Below are positions 1 to 13,900 of a stretch of DNA of 64,000 nt, piece by piece. This DNA is from Camelus ferus (Eukaryota): positions 111,602,001 to 111,666,000 of the forward strand of contig NC_045697.1 of assembly GCF_009834535.1 (NCBI RefSeq), written 5' to 3'. The number at the start of each line of letters is the position of its first letter. The stretch's first letter is position 1. The notes beneath the pieces are model-generated. The model was not told the DNA's origin. It saw only the letters and a program-made list of their open reading frames with translations, and made no database searches. The translations under genes were made by a program, and so were the position numbers.

Positions 1-2789
1 CACATATATGTGATAAAAAAAATTCACACCTTATGTAATTTCCTAAATCTCTTTCAAAAACAGCAATATAAAGCTATGAAGGGACAGGTAGTCTCACTTC
101 AGTTTGTTGTTTAATGCACTTGCCATCAAAGCAACAAAGCACAAGTAACCAGAGTCACAACTCAAAAGGTTTCATGGATGCTCAACAGGTATAATCCTGG
201 TAGTGGCATGGACCCACAATGTCTGAAAGCCCTGAGGGGCAAAATACAATAAGCACTCCCTTAAGGAGCTTCAGGCTCTTTTGTTTAAATTACCTTCTGG
301 AGTGTAAGAACTGCTGTTATAACTAACAACTAAATATTTATGGCTTCCATGTGATATATAGGCAAACATTCAAATTGCTTCATGTGATTTATGCTTCCTA
401 AAAACTTTCAAATCCTAAATGTAACTTAATGATCAAAATTACCTTCCTTCCAGATAAATAATAGCTTGGCCCCCACTAATACTCATGAAATTTGTAAAAC
501 TCAAGTCCAGTCTTACCCCATATTCTCGTCACTTGGGTTTTTTTTTTAATTTATTTTAAAGTCAAATTGTGAAATTAGACAGCTCCTTTTCTGATCATCT
601 CAAAAAGCTCACAGTGTAACGTCCTCAATCAAACATGTGTTCAGGGTACAACTTGCCACTCTCTCTGCCCCACAGGCCCAATACAGAGTGCTGCGTGTAA
701 CAAGCACTCTAGAAAGGACTATCGTTTTGATTCTGAAAATGTCAGTGCCCTGCTAAGCCACGCCTGAGAAGTGTACAGAACTTAATCCCCGTCAGAGATG
801 TGTACTAGACTCGCCTTTCACTATACCGCCTGTCTGTTTCTCCGACATCATTAGTCATAAAATGTTATGCTTGTTCTCAAAAGTCCCCACTGATTCCCAA
901 TGCCCATGGAATGAAACCCCAATGCAGCATGCTGTGTAAACCTGCCTCATCCTGACTTTTTCTACACAGGCCTCCCAGCATGAACTCTTGGTCCACATTG
1001 CAGAGGACGTCTACCCCGTTCCTCGCTCGTGCAACTGTCCAGGCCAGGAACCACCTTCCCTCTCCAGTCCTTTTATGAATCCTACTGTACCACTCAGGCC
1101 CCCCTAAAACTATCTCTGTGAGTTACTCTTGTGAGAATCTTTCTCAGCACCTACATTTTGCACACAGTCTTCCACCAACTCCTCCTCTTCTCTGTCCATC
1201 TCCTGCACAATCAGGTCACTTGGAGGGTGGGAGCCCAGTCAGACACTGCCTCTGGCTCCCACACAGCCTTCCTGGCATGCTTGCTGATTTCAAAGGAGAA
1301 CCAGGTACTACAAATACTTGATGAATACATTGTTTGTGAGTGACTGCAGGGTTTTTAAACGAGATATTTCAAGTTATTCAAGCTCATACTAGGCTGGGAT
1401 ATACAGCTATTATCTGGGCCTCCTTTTCAAAAGAAACAAAAAACTAGTTTAAAGAAAGAAAATGCCACACTCCTTTTCCATGAACTATATTAATTTGGTA
1501 ACTTAAGCCTTACAAAATTCCTGCCCTCCTGTTCTTACAACCACACCTTACACTACCTATAGTTGGAAGAAAAGTCATTTTTACTCCTAAAATTTCACTT
1601 TCATCAGCTAAAGGTTCATAAAAGCAATCTCTAGTGTATGGCTGTTATTCCACCAATGAGAGGTGACAGCCCAAGAGCAGAATGGAGAGAACAAGGAAGT
1701 TCTCCCTTCCCAGAAGGCAGGAAACCACTCTCAGCTACCCATTTCTGGCAGCAGGAAGTTGCCTCAAGGACAGGAAATAATAAAGGATTTTCAGCTGTAC
1801 AAGAAGGCCTCTTCAGAGGGTTTGGTTTTTTTTTTTAAGAAATACTCAAATTGGCAATAAGGGGTAAAAGGAAATGGAATGACATTAAAAACCAAAAAAA
1901 AAAAAAAAAAAAGCTCTGATGATCCCCAAAGAGAGCTCATCTTTTACAACACTAGCAGTCGGTGACTCCATGAAAACAATTCTCGTTGAGCACCTAGCAG
2001 CCAACACTCTCAGCTATCCCAAAGTCATCCTTTGTTCTGAAAATCAACATCAACTGTTAGCCTGGTTACACACCAGCTACTGAAACCGTGAAAGCAAAGC
2101 ACAAAAACACACTGTTCACAGCCATACAGCTCACGCTCGAAATGGGACAGCTGAATGAGGGATAAAGCTAAGTAGTCCAGGAGGAGACCAGGGCACCAGT
2201 GACCTGCAGGAAGCAGGGAGAGGGTTCCCGGGCTAACAGATCGGCACAGCTACGGTGAACCTTGGACTCCATTCCATCTACCCCCCTCATTTTATACTTA
2301 AAGCCTCAAAAAGTAAAACTGGCCCAAGGCCAAAGAGTGTGTCCCAAAACTCGGGTCATTCACCTTGGGGGAAGGAGAGAGAGGTGTGGCCTTCCCTGCA
2401 GCTCAGTGAGTCAGGCCTGGGTCAACAGGGGCCTGTCACACATCAGTGGAAGGCATGACTACCCGCCCCACGGGAGTGGGAGGAAAGGTAACTCCAACAG
2501 GCCCAGGAAAAGCCAGTCATTCCCGACTTTTCAAAGAAAAACCATTAAAGATCTCAGTCTCAAAATAACCAGACTATTTTTCCTACTTTTCTTTCGGTGT
2601 CACTTAATAACCACCACAAATTACACCCTAATAACTCCTGTTGCAATGGGATTAACGAACTGAAACAGCATGCCCAGACCTGCTGGATTATCCCGGCTAT
2701 ATTTTCTCCCAGAAACTAAAGAAAACCTACTTACTGAAAATGCTGTCAGAGCAGCACCAGGAAACAAACCAGACATCCAATAGTCAGTC

Positions 2790-3400
2790 TAACTTCTCTT
2801 GTCCCTCTCTCTCCAGTCCACTCTCCAACCGGCAGCCAGTGTGTTCTTTTCAAAATACAAATGTGATCATGTCTCATTTCTGCTTAAAACTCTCCAATGG
2901 GCTTCTCCCATGGCAACTCCTGATAATGATCAAAATGCTGCAGGCCCTAAGAATGCTCCCTCACCTACCCACTCAGCCTCCTCACTTGCCGTGACCCCCG
3001 GCCATCTGCGCTCCAGCTACCCCTCAGCTCCTCCAGGAGGCCAGCTCCCTCCCACTGCAAGACTTAGACACTGCCATGCCCTGTGCCTCTGACTTCATTC
3101 CCTTACTTCTCTCTTCCTTTCAATCTTAGCGCAAATATTCGTACCTTCTCGGGGAAACGTTCCCTGACCACTGTTATCTATCTTCATAGCCCTCCCTGTA
3201 GCACTTACTGACACTAGAATTTATAGCAAATTAGTTGTGTGATTCTGATTAATGCCTGCTTCCTGGAGTCACCCATAAGCTCCATGAGGGCAGTAACCAT
3301 GTCTGTTCTGGCTCACCACTATGTCTCCAGCATCCAGCAGATAAATATTTATTGAATCTTTAACTTAATTAAAGAAACAAACAAATGAACAAACAATGGA
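2790..3400 (+). mobile_element. LINE-2 3' fragment
   Basis: L2-like 3' motifs (AAGCTCCATGAGGGCAG...ATAAATATTTATTGAAT); boundaries approximate. Confidence 0.7.
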
Positions 3401-3753
3401 ACAAACAAAAGGATAGGTTTTTAGGAAGACACAGCATAGAGAGGTTAAAGGAAAGTTTAAGTCGCTACCTTCTTAGCCAAACTTTCACATATATATACTT
3501 TACAAAGGGAATGATATACATCTTTCACTAAGTGCTAAGAAAATACAACTAAGACTATTAATACATATATTAGTCTTATAATTTTTTTTAAAAGCTACTT
3601 GTTTTTCAATCAACTTTTAAAGTCATTCTTCATTGCAGTGACTCTTAAAAAACGTATTTCAGAACTACCTTAGCAATGACCAGATCACTAATCCCCCAAA
3701 TTATAATACCACCAAAGAGAGAGTTACATTTTTCTCCATCTAAAAGTTTTCTT

Positions 3754-6700
3754 ACATTTCATGCAAATGGAACCAACCAGAAAGCAGGGGTAGCAATACT
3801 CATATCAGACAAAACAGACCTTAAAACAAAGCCTATATATAACAAGACAAAGAAGGGCACTATTTAATAATAAAGGGATCAATGTAAGAAAAAGGTGTAA
3901 CACTCATCAACAACTATACACCTAATACAGGAGCCCCTAAGTACATAAAGCAAATATCAACAGACATTAAGGGAGAAATTGAAAATAAAAATACAATAAT
4001 AGTAGGGAACTTTAACACCCCACTGACATCAATGGACAGATTATTCAAACAAAAAAAAAAAAATGAATAAGGAAAGAGTGGTCTTAAATGACATATAGGA
4101 CCAGTTGGGACTTAATAGGTATTTACAAGACATTCCATCCAAAACAGCAGAATACACATGCTTTTCAAAAGCACATGGAAAATTCTCTAGGATAGATCAC
4201 ATGCTAAACCACAAAACAAGTCTCAAACAAATTTGAGAAGATACAAATAATGTTAAGTATTTTTTCCAACCATAACAGCATGAAACAAGAAGTACATACA
4301 GAAAGAAAAACGTGAAGAGCACAAACACGTGGAGATTAAACAACATGCTACTAAAAACCTATGTGAGTCAATGAAGAAATCAAAGAGGAAATCAGAAAAT
4401 ACCTCAAAACAAATGAAAACGGAAACACAACTTTCCAAAATCTATGGGATGCAGGAAAGCAGTTCTAAGAGGGAAGTTTATAGTGACACAGGCCTTCCTC
4501 AAGAAAAAACATCTCAAATAAACAACCTAACTACATCTAAAGGAATAAGAGAAGTAAGAACAAACAAAGCCCATAGTCATTAGAAGGAAGAAAATAATAA
4601 AGATCAGAGAGAAAATAAAACAGAGACTTAAAGAAAAAAAGAGAGAAAACAATGAAATCAGTAAGTGGTTTTTTTGAAAAAATAGACAGAAATGGTAAAC
4701 TTTCAGTCAGGATCACCAAGAAGAAAAGAGAAAGGACCCAGATAAACAAAATAAGAAATGCATGAAGAAATAATAACCAGTATCACAGAGAAACAGAAGT
4801 ATCATAAGAGAACACTACATTTATATGCCAACAAGTTGGACAACCTAGAAGAAATGGACAAATTTCTAGAAACATAAACCTGCCAAGAATGAATCAAGAA
4901 GAAACAGACAATTTAAAGAGATCAATCATTTGTGAAATTGAATTCACAATTAAAAAAAAAAATTTCCAGCAAACGAAAGTCCAGGACAAAATGGCTTCAC
5001 AGAGAAATTCTACCAAACATATAAAGAACAGCTAATAACTGTCTCTCAAACTATTCCCCAAAAAATGAAGAGGATGGAACATTCCCAGATTCACTCTATA
5101 GGGGGAGGGTATAGCTCAAGTGGTAGAGCACATGCTTAACATGTAGGAGGTTTTGGGTTCAATCCCCAGTACCTCCTCTAAAAATAAATAAAATAAATAA
5201 ACCTAATTACCTCTCCCCTCTCAAAAAAAAAAACCAAAAAACAAAAAAATAACAAATTTACTCTACAAGGCCACAATTACCCTGATACAAAACCAGACAA
5301 AAACACTACAAAAAAGAAATGTACAGTCCAATATCCCCAATGAATATAGACGCAAAAATCCTCAACAAAATATCAGCAAGCCAAATTCAACAATACATAA
5401 ATAGGATCATACACCATGATCAAGTGGGATTTATTCCAGGGATGCAAAGACGGTTCAATATCTGCAAATCAATCAACATGATACAACATATTAACAAAAG
5501 GAGAAAAATCACATGATCATCTCAACAGATACAGAAAAGGCATTTGACAAAATTCAACATCCATTTATGATAAAAACTCTCATCAAAGTGGGTACAGAGA
5601 GAACAAATCTCAAAATAATAAAGGCCATGTATGACAAACCCACAGCCAATATAATACTCATTGGTGAAAACCTAAAAGCTTTTCCTCTAAAATCAGGAAC
5701 AAGACAAGGATGCCCACTCTTGCCATTTGTTTAACATAGTATTGGAAGTCTAGCCCCAGCAATCAGAGAAGAAAAAGAAATAAAAGGAATCCAAATTGGA
5801 AGGGAAGAAGTAAAACTGTCACTATTTTCAGAGGATGTGATACTATATACAGAAAACTCTAATGTCTCTGTCAAAAAAGTATTAGAATAAATTAATTCAG
5901 TAAAGTTGCAGGAGGCAACATTAATACACAGAAATCCGTTTCTTTTATATACACTAATAATGAACTATCAGACAGAGAAAGTAAGAAAATAATCTCACTT
6001 AAAATCGCATCAAAAAGGATAAAATACTTAAGAATAAACTTAACCAAGAAGGTGAAAGACCTACATTCTAAAAATTATAAAATATTGATGAAGGAAACAG
6101 AGATGGAAAGATATGATGAAGGAAAAAGAAATGGAAAGATATCCTATGTTCAGAGATTAGAAGAATTAATATTGTTAAAATGTCCCCACTACCCAAAATA
6201 ATCTACAAATTAAATGCAATGCATATCAAAATACCCACACAACATTTTTCAAAGAACTAGAATAATCCTAAAATTTATATGGAATCACAAAAGACCCTAA
6301 ATAGCCAAAACAATATTGAGAAAAAAAGAGCAAAGCTGGAAGTATCACACTCACTGACTACCAAAGCTATCATCATCAAAACAGCATGGTACTGGTACAA
6401 AACACACACAGATCAATGGAAAAGAACAAAGCCCAGAAATAAACCCATGCACTTTTGGTCAATTACTCTATGAGAAAGGAAGCAAGAATATATAATGGAG
6501 AAAAGACAGTCTCTTCAATAAGTGGTGCTGGGAAAACTGGACAGCTAAATATAAAAGAATGAGATTAGAGTATTTTCTCACACCATATACAAAAATAAAC
6601 TCAAAATGGATTAAAGACCTGAAAGCATAAAACTCCTAGAAGAAAACATAGGCAGAACACTCTGATAAAATCATAACAATATTTTTTTGGATCTGCATGT

Positions 6701-7866
6701 TAAGGCAAAAGAAACAAAAGCAAAAATAGACAAATGGGAGCTAATCATACTTAAAAGCTTCTGCACAGCAAAGGAAGTCACTGACAAAACAAAAAGATAA
6801 CCTTACTGAGTGGGAGAAAATATCTGCAAACAATACAATCGAAAAGTGGTTAATATCCAAAGCATATAAACAGCTCAGACAGCTCAATATCAAAAACAAA
6901 CAACCTGACTTAAAAAATGGGCAGAAGACCTAAATAGACATTCTTCCAAAGAAGACATACAGATAGCCAACAGGCACCTGAAAAGAGGCTCAACATCAGT
7001 AGTTTTCAGAGAAAATCAAGTCAAAACCAAACACCTCACACCTGTCAGAATGGCTATCATAAAAAAGTCTACAAATAACAAATGTTGGGAAGGATGTGGA
7101 GAAAGGGAACGGTTGTACACTGTTGGTGGGACTATAACTTGGTGCAACCACCATGGAAAACACTATGAAGGTTCCTCAAAAAACTGAAAACAGAACTATC
7201 ATATGATCCAGCAATTCTATTCCTGGGTATATATCTGAAGAAAACAAAAAACTAATTAGAAAAAATATATGCACCCAAAAGTTCACAGTAGCATTATTTA
7301 CAATAGCTAAGATATAGAAGCAACCTAAGTGTCCATCACCAGGTGAATGAATAAAGAAGTGGTGTATATATATACAATGGACTATTACTCGGTCATGAAA
7401 AAGAATGAAATTCTGCTATTTGCAACAACATGGATGGACCTACAAGGTATTATGCTAAGTGAAATAAGTCTGAGAAGGAAAAACAAATACTCTACATTTT
7501 AACTTACATGTAGAATCTATAGAAAAACAAATATTATCTTTTAACTTGTATGTAGAATCCTAAAAAATAAAACTAGTGAATATAACAAAACAGAAACAGA
7601 CTCACAGATACACAAAACAGACTGGTGGTTACCAATGGGGAGAAGGAAGAAGGGAGAGGCAGGATGTGGGTAGGGGATTGAGAGGTACAAAGTACTATGT
7701 ATAAAATGGATAGGTCACAGGGATATATTGTATAGCACAGGGAAATATAGCCATTATTTTGTGCTGACTTTAAATGGAATATAATCTACAAAGATGTTGA
7801 GTCTCTATGTTGTACACCTGAAACTAATATGATGTAAATCAACTACTCAAAAAAAAAAATTTTTAA
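3754..7866 (+). mobile_element. 5'-truncated, decayed LINE-1 (ORF2 EN-RT-C-term, 3'UTR, polyA), antisense in KLHL2 intron 2
   Basis: ORF2 peptide fragments ([24 protein letters not shown]...[23 protein letters not shown]) broken by frameshifts and stops; 13-bp TSD TAAAAGTTTTCTT at 3741-3753 and 7867-7879. Confidence 0.97.
5101..5253 (+). mobile_element. tRNA-derived SINE (camelid Vic-1-like) nested in the L1
   Basis: A box TAGCTCAAGTGG, B box GGTTCAATCCC, A-rich tail; degenerate TSD AGATTCACTCTATA / AAATTTACTCTACA. Confidence 0.9.
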
Positions 7867-7914
7867 TAAAAGTTTTCTTTTCATATTCTTTGCAATAAGT
7901 TAGAAGCCCTAGAC

Positions 7915-8204
7915 CAGAGCTGTCCAACAGAAACATAATGCAAGTCACAATTTTCCAGTAATCACATTTAGAAAATAAAAAGAAATAAGTGAAATTAATT
8001 CCATTAGTAATTATATTTATCCCAAAATATCCAATATACTATCATTTCAAAATGTAATCAACATTTTTGAAACTTATTAATAAATATTTTACATTCTTTT
8101 TGTTGTACTAAGTCTTGAAAATCCATTACGTATTTTCCATTTACAGAACATCTCAATTCACACTAGCCACATGTGGCTGGTGGCTACCATATTGGACAGA
8201 GCAG
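7915..8204 (+). mobile_element. MER33-like hAT-Charlie DNA transposon
   Basis: Termini CAGAGCTGTCCAA...TTGGACAGAGCAG with internal CTAGCCACATGTGGCTGG; resembles the recalled MER33 consensus. Confidence 0.8.
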
Positions 8205-8391
8205 GTTACACCATTCACACTTCTGATAAATTACCTGCTCTCTTCTTACATTAAGAAATTTGCAGAAAAGGGTTTAAATGGTTCCTGTATCAAACAAAGA
8301 AACAATGAGGGATGGGGAATATCTTCATTATAAACAGCTGAAAAATAAAGGTAAGAGATCCATGGTTACATGTATGTTAATGTAACAATAC

Positions 8392-8517
8392 CTTCTTAAT
8401 TCATTCATGACTTTAAAAGCTTTCTTCATGTGCCAAGGATTCACTGTCACTGGGCAGTGTTTTTCAGTATTATCATCTTTGGAATCGAGAGGCTTCTGAT
8501 GACCCTGCTTTGTACAT
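8392..8517 (-). CDS. KLHL2: KLHL2 exon 2 (126 nt; (A)CTKQGHQKPLDSKDDNTEKHCPVTVNPWHMKKAFKVMNELR(S)), leading into the BTB domain
   Basis: Acceptor TTATTTTCTTTTATGTACAG| ending at 8518, donor AAG|GTATTG at 8391. The peptide is visible in ORF 8328..8540 and is recognised as KLHL2. Confidence 0.96.
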
Positions 8518-8984
8518 CTGTACATAAAAGAAAATAACAAAACAGAGAAAAAGACCTTATTAAAGGTAATTTAGTTCAAGCTTGTCAGGCTACAAGAGTT
8601 ACAATGAATGCCCCACCTGCCCCATTCATTTAGAGGAACTCTCACAGTGTATCTCACCATAAAGACTAAAACATAATTCAGAACACTTTCTGATGGTCAG
8701 TGTGATTTTAACAAAAAAGTAGATAATTACCTCCCTGGTGTCAAAGCTCTGTCAAAGATGAGCACAGAAAGTTTAGTAAAAATGATTTTGCAACTACCTT
8801 CAAAAGAAATGCTGAGAAATGCTCTTCTCTGTTGGAAATTAACCTGCTTTTACATTCTGCAGTAGGCACACGCATTTACAAACCAGGCAGGAACTGGATC
8901 ATATTTTACACATACTTTAGAAACTCATTTGAATTTTGCTCTCTATCTGCAAGGTTATTTGCTAGACATTAACTATAAAGTAGC

Positions 8985-9180
8985 CACTGTACTAAATTTT
9001 GTTTCATTGTTTGCTTAATCTTCACAACAACTCTGTAAGCTGCTATTATTACCCCCATATAACAGATGAAGAGATTGAGGCAGAAAACAATTTGGATATC
9101 GTGGTAAATGGTGGAGCTGGGTAAGACTGCAGCTAGTCTGACACTCAAGTCCATTCTTCTCACTACTGTTCGATACTGTT
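8985..9180 (-). mobile_element. MIR SINE
   Basis: Reverse of the MIR core (TTAATCTTCACAACAACTCTG...ACAGATGAAGAGATTGAGGCAGA). Confidence 0.75.
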
Positions 9181-9629
9181 ACCTACATTCAGCAATGACA
9201 GTTGATTTCTTATCTAAATGTGTAATTTCTAAAAACTACAAAGCTATATTAGTGTTGCTGTATAAATTATTCTTTTGAGACCTGGGAGCCAAAAAATAAC
9301 AAATAAAATCAGGATGCCATTGAAGGAGGATTAACTGCATATGGACAGACACAAGGGGACTTTCTGAGGACAGTTGCACAACTCTAGAAACTGTCTAAAA
9401 TCACTGACTTGTACAATTATAATGGGTGAATTTTATGGCATGTAAATTATACCCTAATAGAGCTATTAAATTAAAAAATTGGGATACAAAATTAATCCTA
9501 AGAAAATACTTGTATATATATATCACACAAAGAATAGGCAAGTATCATTATTTACTGCACCATTTCCCTTCACGCTGCTTCCTTTCCTTACCCATTTCTA
9601 AAAGGATAATTCATTTTTAAAATATCCTT

Positions 9630-10650
9630 TTATTAATTTATTCAGCCAATAATTTTTGACCGCCAACTATGTACCCAGGACCAGTCTAGGCACTTGGAAT
9701 ATATCAATAAACAAAAGTCCAGTCCTCACGGACCTTGGAGTCTAGCTGGGGCAGGGGGTGGAGGTGACAACTCACACAACAGAGCAGCAGAGTAGGTGGC
9801 ACGTTAGGAAAGAGGAACCATGGAAAAAAGAAAAAAGGGCAAGGTAAAGAGAGTTGAGAGTATGGGGTGAGGGTGATGGATAGACCAAACTGAGGGCTGA
9901 GGTTAGAACTAGGACTAGGGCTGAGGTTAGAACTAGGACTAAGAGCTGAGAAGGCCCAGACGGATGGAATAAGCAGCGCCGAGGCCAGCACGCACCTCGT
10001 GTGTTCCAGGATGGGGGCAGGGCTGGGGCTGCAGGGAGAGGGCAGTGCCGATCATTATAGGACCTTGGAGGACGTTGTAAGGACTGTGGCTTGTACCCGG
10101 AGTGAAATGGGGAGGCACTGCAGAAGAGCGACACAATCCAACTCAGGTTTTCAAAGGCTCACTTGACTGCCGGGTTAGAATAGTCGATACGGGTCAGAGA
10201 TGAAAGGAGGAAGCCACTGAGGAGGGCTGTGCAGGAGGAGAGGACAGTGGCTCAGGGCAGGGAAGCAGCAGTGGAGGCAGGAGCCATGGTGAGAAGTGGC
10301 TGGGCTCTGGATATGTTTCAAAGGCAGTGTTAGACCAGATCTGTTGACAGAATGCATGTGGCATGTCAGTGAGAGTCAGAATAACTCCAAGTTTTTTGAC
10401 CCGAGCAGCTAGAAGGTTTGAGTTTCCATTAACTGAATGGGGAGAGGCTGCAGAAAGAACCAGTTTTGGGGGTAGAAGGACCAAGAGCTCAGTTTTCACA
10501 CATGTTGGTTTTAAGATATCAGAGTTCCAAGTGAAGATGTCAAATCAGCAGATAAGGATAAGAGTCCAGAGTTGGAGAGAAAAAGTCTAGCGGGAGACAG
10601 AAATGTGGGAATTATGGGTCACACAGGTGGTACAGGAAGCCATGAAACCC
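9630..10650 (-). mobile_element. LINE-2 fragment
   Basis: Reverse-complement L2 3' region motifs across ~1 kb; boundaries approximate. Confidence 0.75.
9893..9940. repeat. Perfect 24-bp tandem duplication
   Basis: AGGGCTGAGGTTAGAACTAGGACT twice. Confidence 0.95.
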
Positions 10651-10910
10651 AGGTACTCAAACATTAAGATAACCTGGCATTAACCATAGCAGTTATCCTT
10701 GCTCGTGTCCCCAGTCCCAGAATCAACACTCACTGAGAGACACCTGATCCTTTCAGGGCCTGCGTACTACATGTGGATATCAGTCCCTGTTTCCCAAGCA
10801 CTTGAGTTTTTAAAGGGAACTTACAAATGAAGTAGTACAAGACACTGCCTCCAGTGGGTGGGTCCACAGCTGGAGTGGGAGAATGGGATGGTGCACGTTA
10901 CTCCCTGCGG

Positions 10911-10911
<1 letters not shown>

Positions 10912-10955
<44 letters not shown>

Positions 10956-10977
10956 TGCACGCACGTGTGTGTGCACA
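10912..10977. repeat. (GT)n microsatellite extended by alternating purine-pyrimidine sequence
   Basis: About 19 GT units followed by GCGCGTGCACGCACGTGTGTGTGCACA. Confidence 0.95.
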
Positions 10978-13900
10978 GGGGGATGAGTTACACCTGGCTT
11001 AAGAAAAAGAGCTGGTAGAGGGAACTAGGGAAACACTGTGTACTGTAAGACACATCCCCATAATGCCATTTCCCACCATCCTTTCATCAAGAACAGAGTC
11101 GGAAAGGGGGGGATTATGTAGATATGTGCAACCAACACAAAATTTCTGACCATGAAACACTGAATATCTACATATGTAGAAAGTTAATGATATTTATATC
11201 TGCTTCAAGTTTAATAACTTAAGTTTACACAGAGGGAAAATATAATATTGAGGACTGGTAAAATTATCACAGAAGGCCTTTCAATGCTCAGAATGGAAGC
11301 AAAAGCAGCGCCGCCATACAAAGAATGTCATTAAGAGTCAAGAGTGTTTATATTTGCTTAAGAAATTGAGAGTTACAACTTCCTTCATTAAAGAATTAAC
11401 TTTTAGACAGTCATCATACAACAAGCAACGTCTATACTGGTGCATTCATAAAGCTATTTTTAGTTCCTGCTTTTTCTGATGTACTCCAGAAACTCTGCAA
11501 AGAAAAGCTTCCATTCAAAGGCTTAAAGGAATAAACAAGAAATAACACTGCATTCTTTTAAGTGTTCTCTGTACTGAGAATCACTTACAAATGCAGCACC
11601 CTGTCACTGGTCTACATTTTCAACAATAAAGTTCTTTCTACAGTTTTCCAATTGCTATGTAATTTTGTGTCAGATGGTCTCTCATTTAGAAGCAGAACGG
11701 AGTACCAGAAAATGACACATCATGTCTAAAACTACAGATGTGGGAGATGAACATACACCAGGAAACAGCCAAGTGGGAGAGAAAGGTTTATGTTTTAAGT
11801 TACCATAAGTGCAGTTACACCTTCTTCCTGCTTCCCTTGTGACGTGAAGAGCTAGTTTTTTCCAGAAAAGCTCTCATTCTGAGAACTGTCTTCTTTAAAA
11901 TATCTGGAGATTCTTTTTTAAGGTTCTTTCACTTTTAAGTCTTTCCCTAACTCTACATCCCATAACCAGTGTTAAATTATCCAGTAGCCTATTGTTAACA
12001 AAACATACTCTACAGGAGCCGAGGTTTTCAAGGGTTTGGATCCCAGAACACTGCTAACAGATAATCTTAAAGCCTTCCTTCCGTAACTGACTCTTCTGCC
12101 AATTCCCAGCTGTGGGCAAGGTTGGCTTTTCAGACCAGGTAACTTTTTAACTCTGCCTAAGAACACTCAATTGCCAATAACGGAACTCTCAGGGAGCAAA
12201 CTCTCTAATAAGGGCTGCGTCCTTCAAACAGTCAAGATGCCATCACCAAGCAAAGATTTAACCCTACTGCAAAAATTCTGAGGACAACTTAGAAATAACA
12301 CAGTTTCTTTAGATGCATTTTAGTGCTCTGGAACAGTGATTTCCAATGGAGGGGGAAAGGAACACATGACCCAAGCAATTTTTTTAAACTACACATAACC
12401 ATCCCTCTTCACGTGAGGATTCAGGCAAGCCCTTTTTACAGGTCTAGGTATAACAGAATGACAGCACCTCTAGGAGTAGGGGTAAAAGGCAGCTAGGTAG
12501 ACTTTTTGTGAAAGAGGGTGATGTAATAGGCCCCACTGCCCACTTACCTCCCACCACAGGACAATCATCTTAGATCGAGAACAAACACTTTAGGAAATAG
12601 AGATTGTTTATGTTTTGACAGTATTCTGGCGAAAACAATGCTCTAAGTCCTGTGAAGAGGCAGCTGCAAAACTGAACAGGGGACTAGACATTTTCACATT
12701 CAGGACACAAATCCTCAGCCCCCGGGTGGCCACCATCTCTGCTCTTCCCTTTGCCTGTTCACCTCAAAAGCTGCAGGACTCCCCTGCTTGCAATGAGTCA
12801 CCCACCACTTCTCACAAATTCCTGCCAAGTTCACGTCAGCAGCTGGTGTTTTCAAAGTCACCATTTGTGCTGTGCTGCTCTGAAGTCCCTCCATGGCTTT
12901 ATATTCCTTGTGTTTTCTCCGTTGTCTTCCTAGCTGCACTTGCATTCAGAAGCTGGTTACCACACTGACATTGCTTCTCTAATGAGTCCGGGAAATAGGA
13001 AGTAGAGATTTAACCAGTCCCAGAATACTTGTCATGCCACTCTAGTTTCCCAACCAAATACTCTCGCATTCTTCATCTCACCCAAAGAACCACCGCACTA
13101 CTTAGAGGTTGTAAAAGTAGAGGGCTTTCCCCACTGGAAACATTGTGGTTTGTGGTAGAGTTTTGCTTTCAGTTTTTGCAATTAGTTACAGGCAAAAAGA
13201 CATGTTCTGCAAATGTTCAAGTGTTTGGAATTTAAACCTTTATTAGGTACAGAGCCAGCAGACTAACTGTAATCTATGAACATATGGTCATATTACCAAA
13301 TAATGTTCATGTCTGCCCTACAGACATGTAAGAACTTGAATTATACCTGCGGTCTGCAGAGCTTTAGAATTGGGTGTGAAGCATCCTGTGAGATAAAAAT
13401 CCTCCTATCCAGTCACAGAACACCTTACAGACAACATCACATTAATGCCACTGAATACATTAGTAAAGTCCATGGGTGGCTAAAAGTTACATCTCCAATT
13501 TCTCAGAGCTGGAAAGGAGATGTCTAGAAAAGATGGAAACACCCAATTGCCAAAACGGCTCAGCAGTTAAAGCAGACTCCTGCACCCCCCAGAGCGGACG
13601 GCGGAGGGGGCGTTGCCCACCACCCTGTCCTCCCCAAGGACGTGGCGTGTGGGGAAGCAGGCAGGACGGGGTGGCTGGGACTCGGAGGTGGAGAGGTGAT
13701 GAAAGCAGGAGTGGAACTGCTCTGATCCTAGAACAATAGAGCTGTAAAAAGCTCAGCTTCAGTTCAACCCGCTCCCTCTCCCGCGTTCCCTCCCACCTAC
13801 GTGACAAACAGAGCACAGTCAGGCACTTTCTGTCCCTGACAGTGACTACTAGCAGGAGAGGGACCAGGGTAAAAGCATGTCTTATGCAACATCAGTCTGA

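Noticed and set aside
5101..5180. tRNA-like sequence, also at 31.8, 33.9, 50.9 and 60.3 kb
   Set aside because: These are SINE heads, most with A-rich tails or TSDs, not tRNA genes.
5319..5734. Reverse transcriptase ORF fragments
   Set aside because: Frameshifted L1 ORF2; neither functional nor a novel RT system.
1..8391. Search for KLHL2 exon 3 (SQNLLCDVTIVAEDMEI...)
   Set aside because: Not found; it should lie beyond the left edge of the window.
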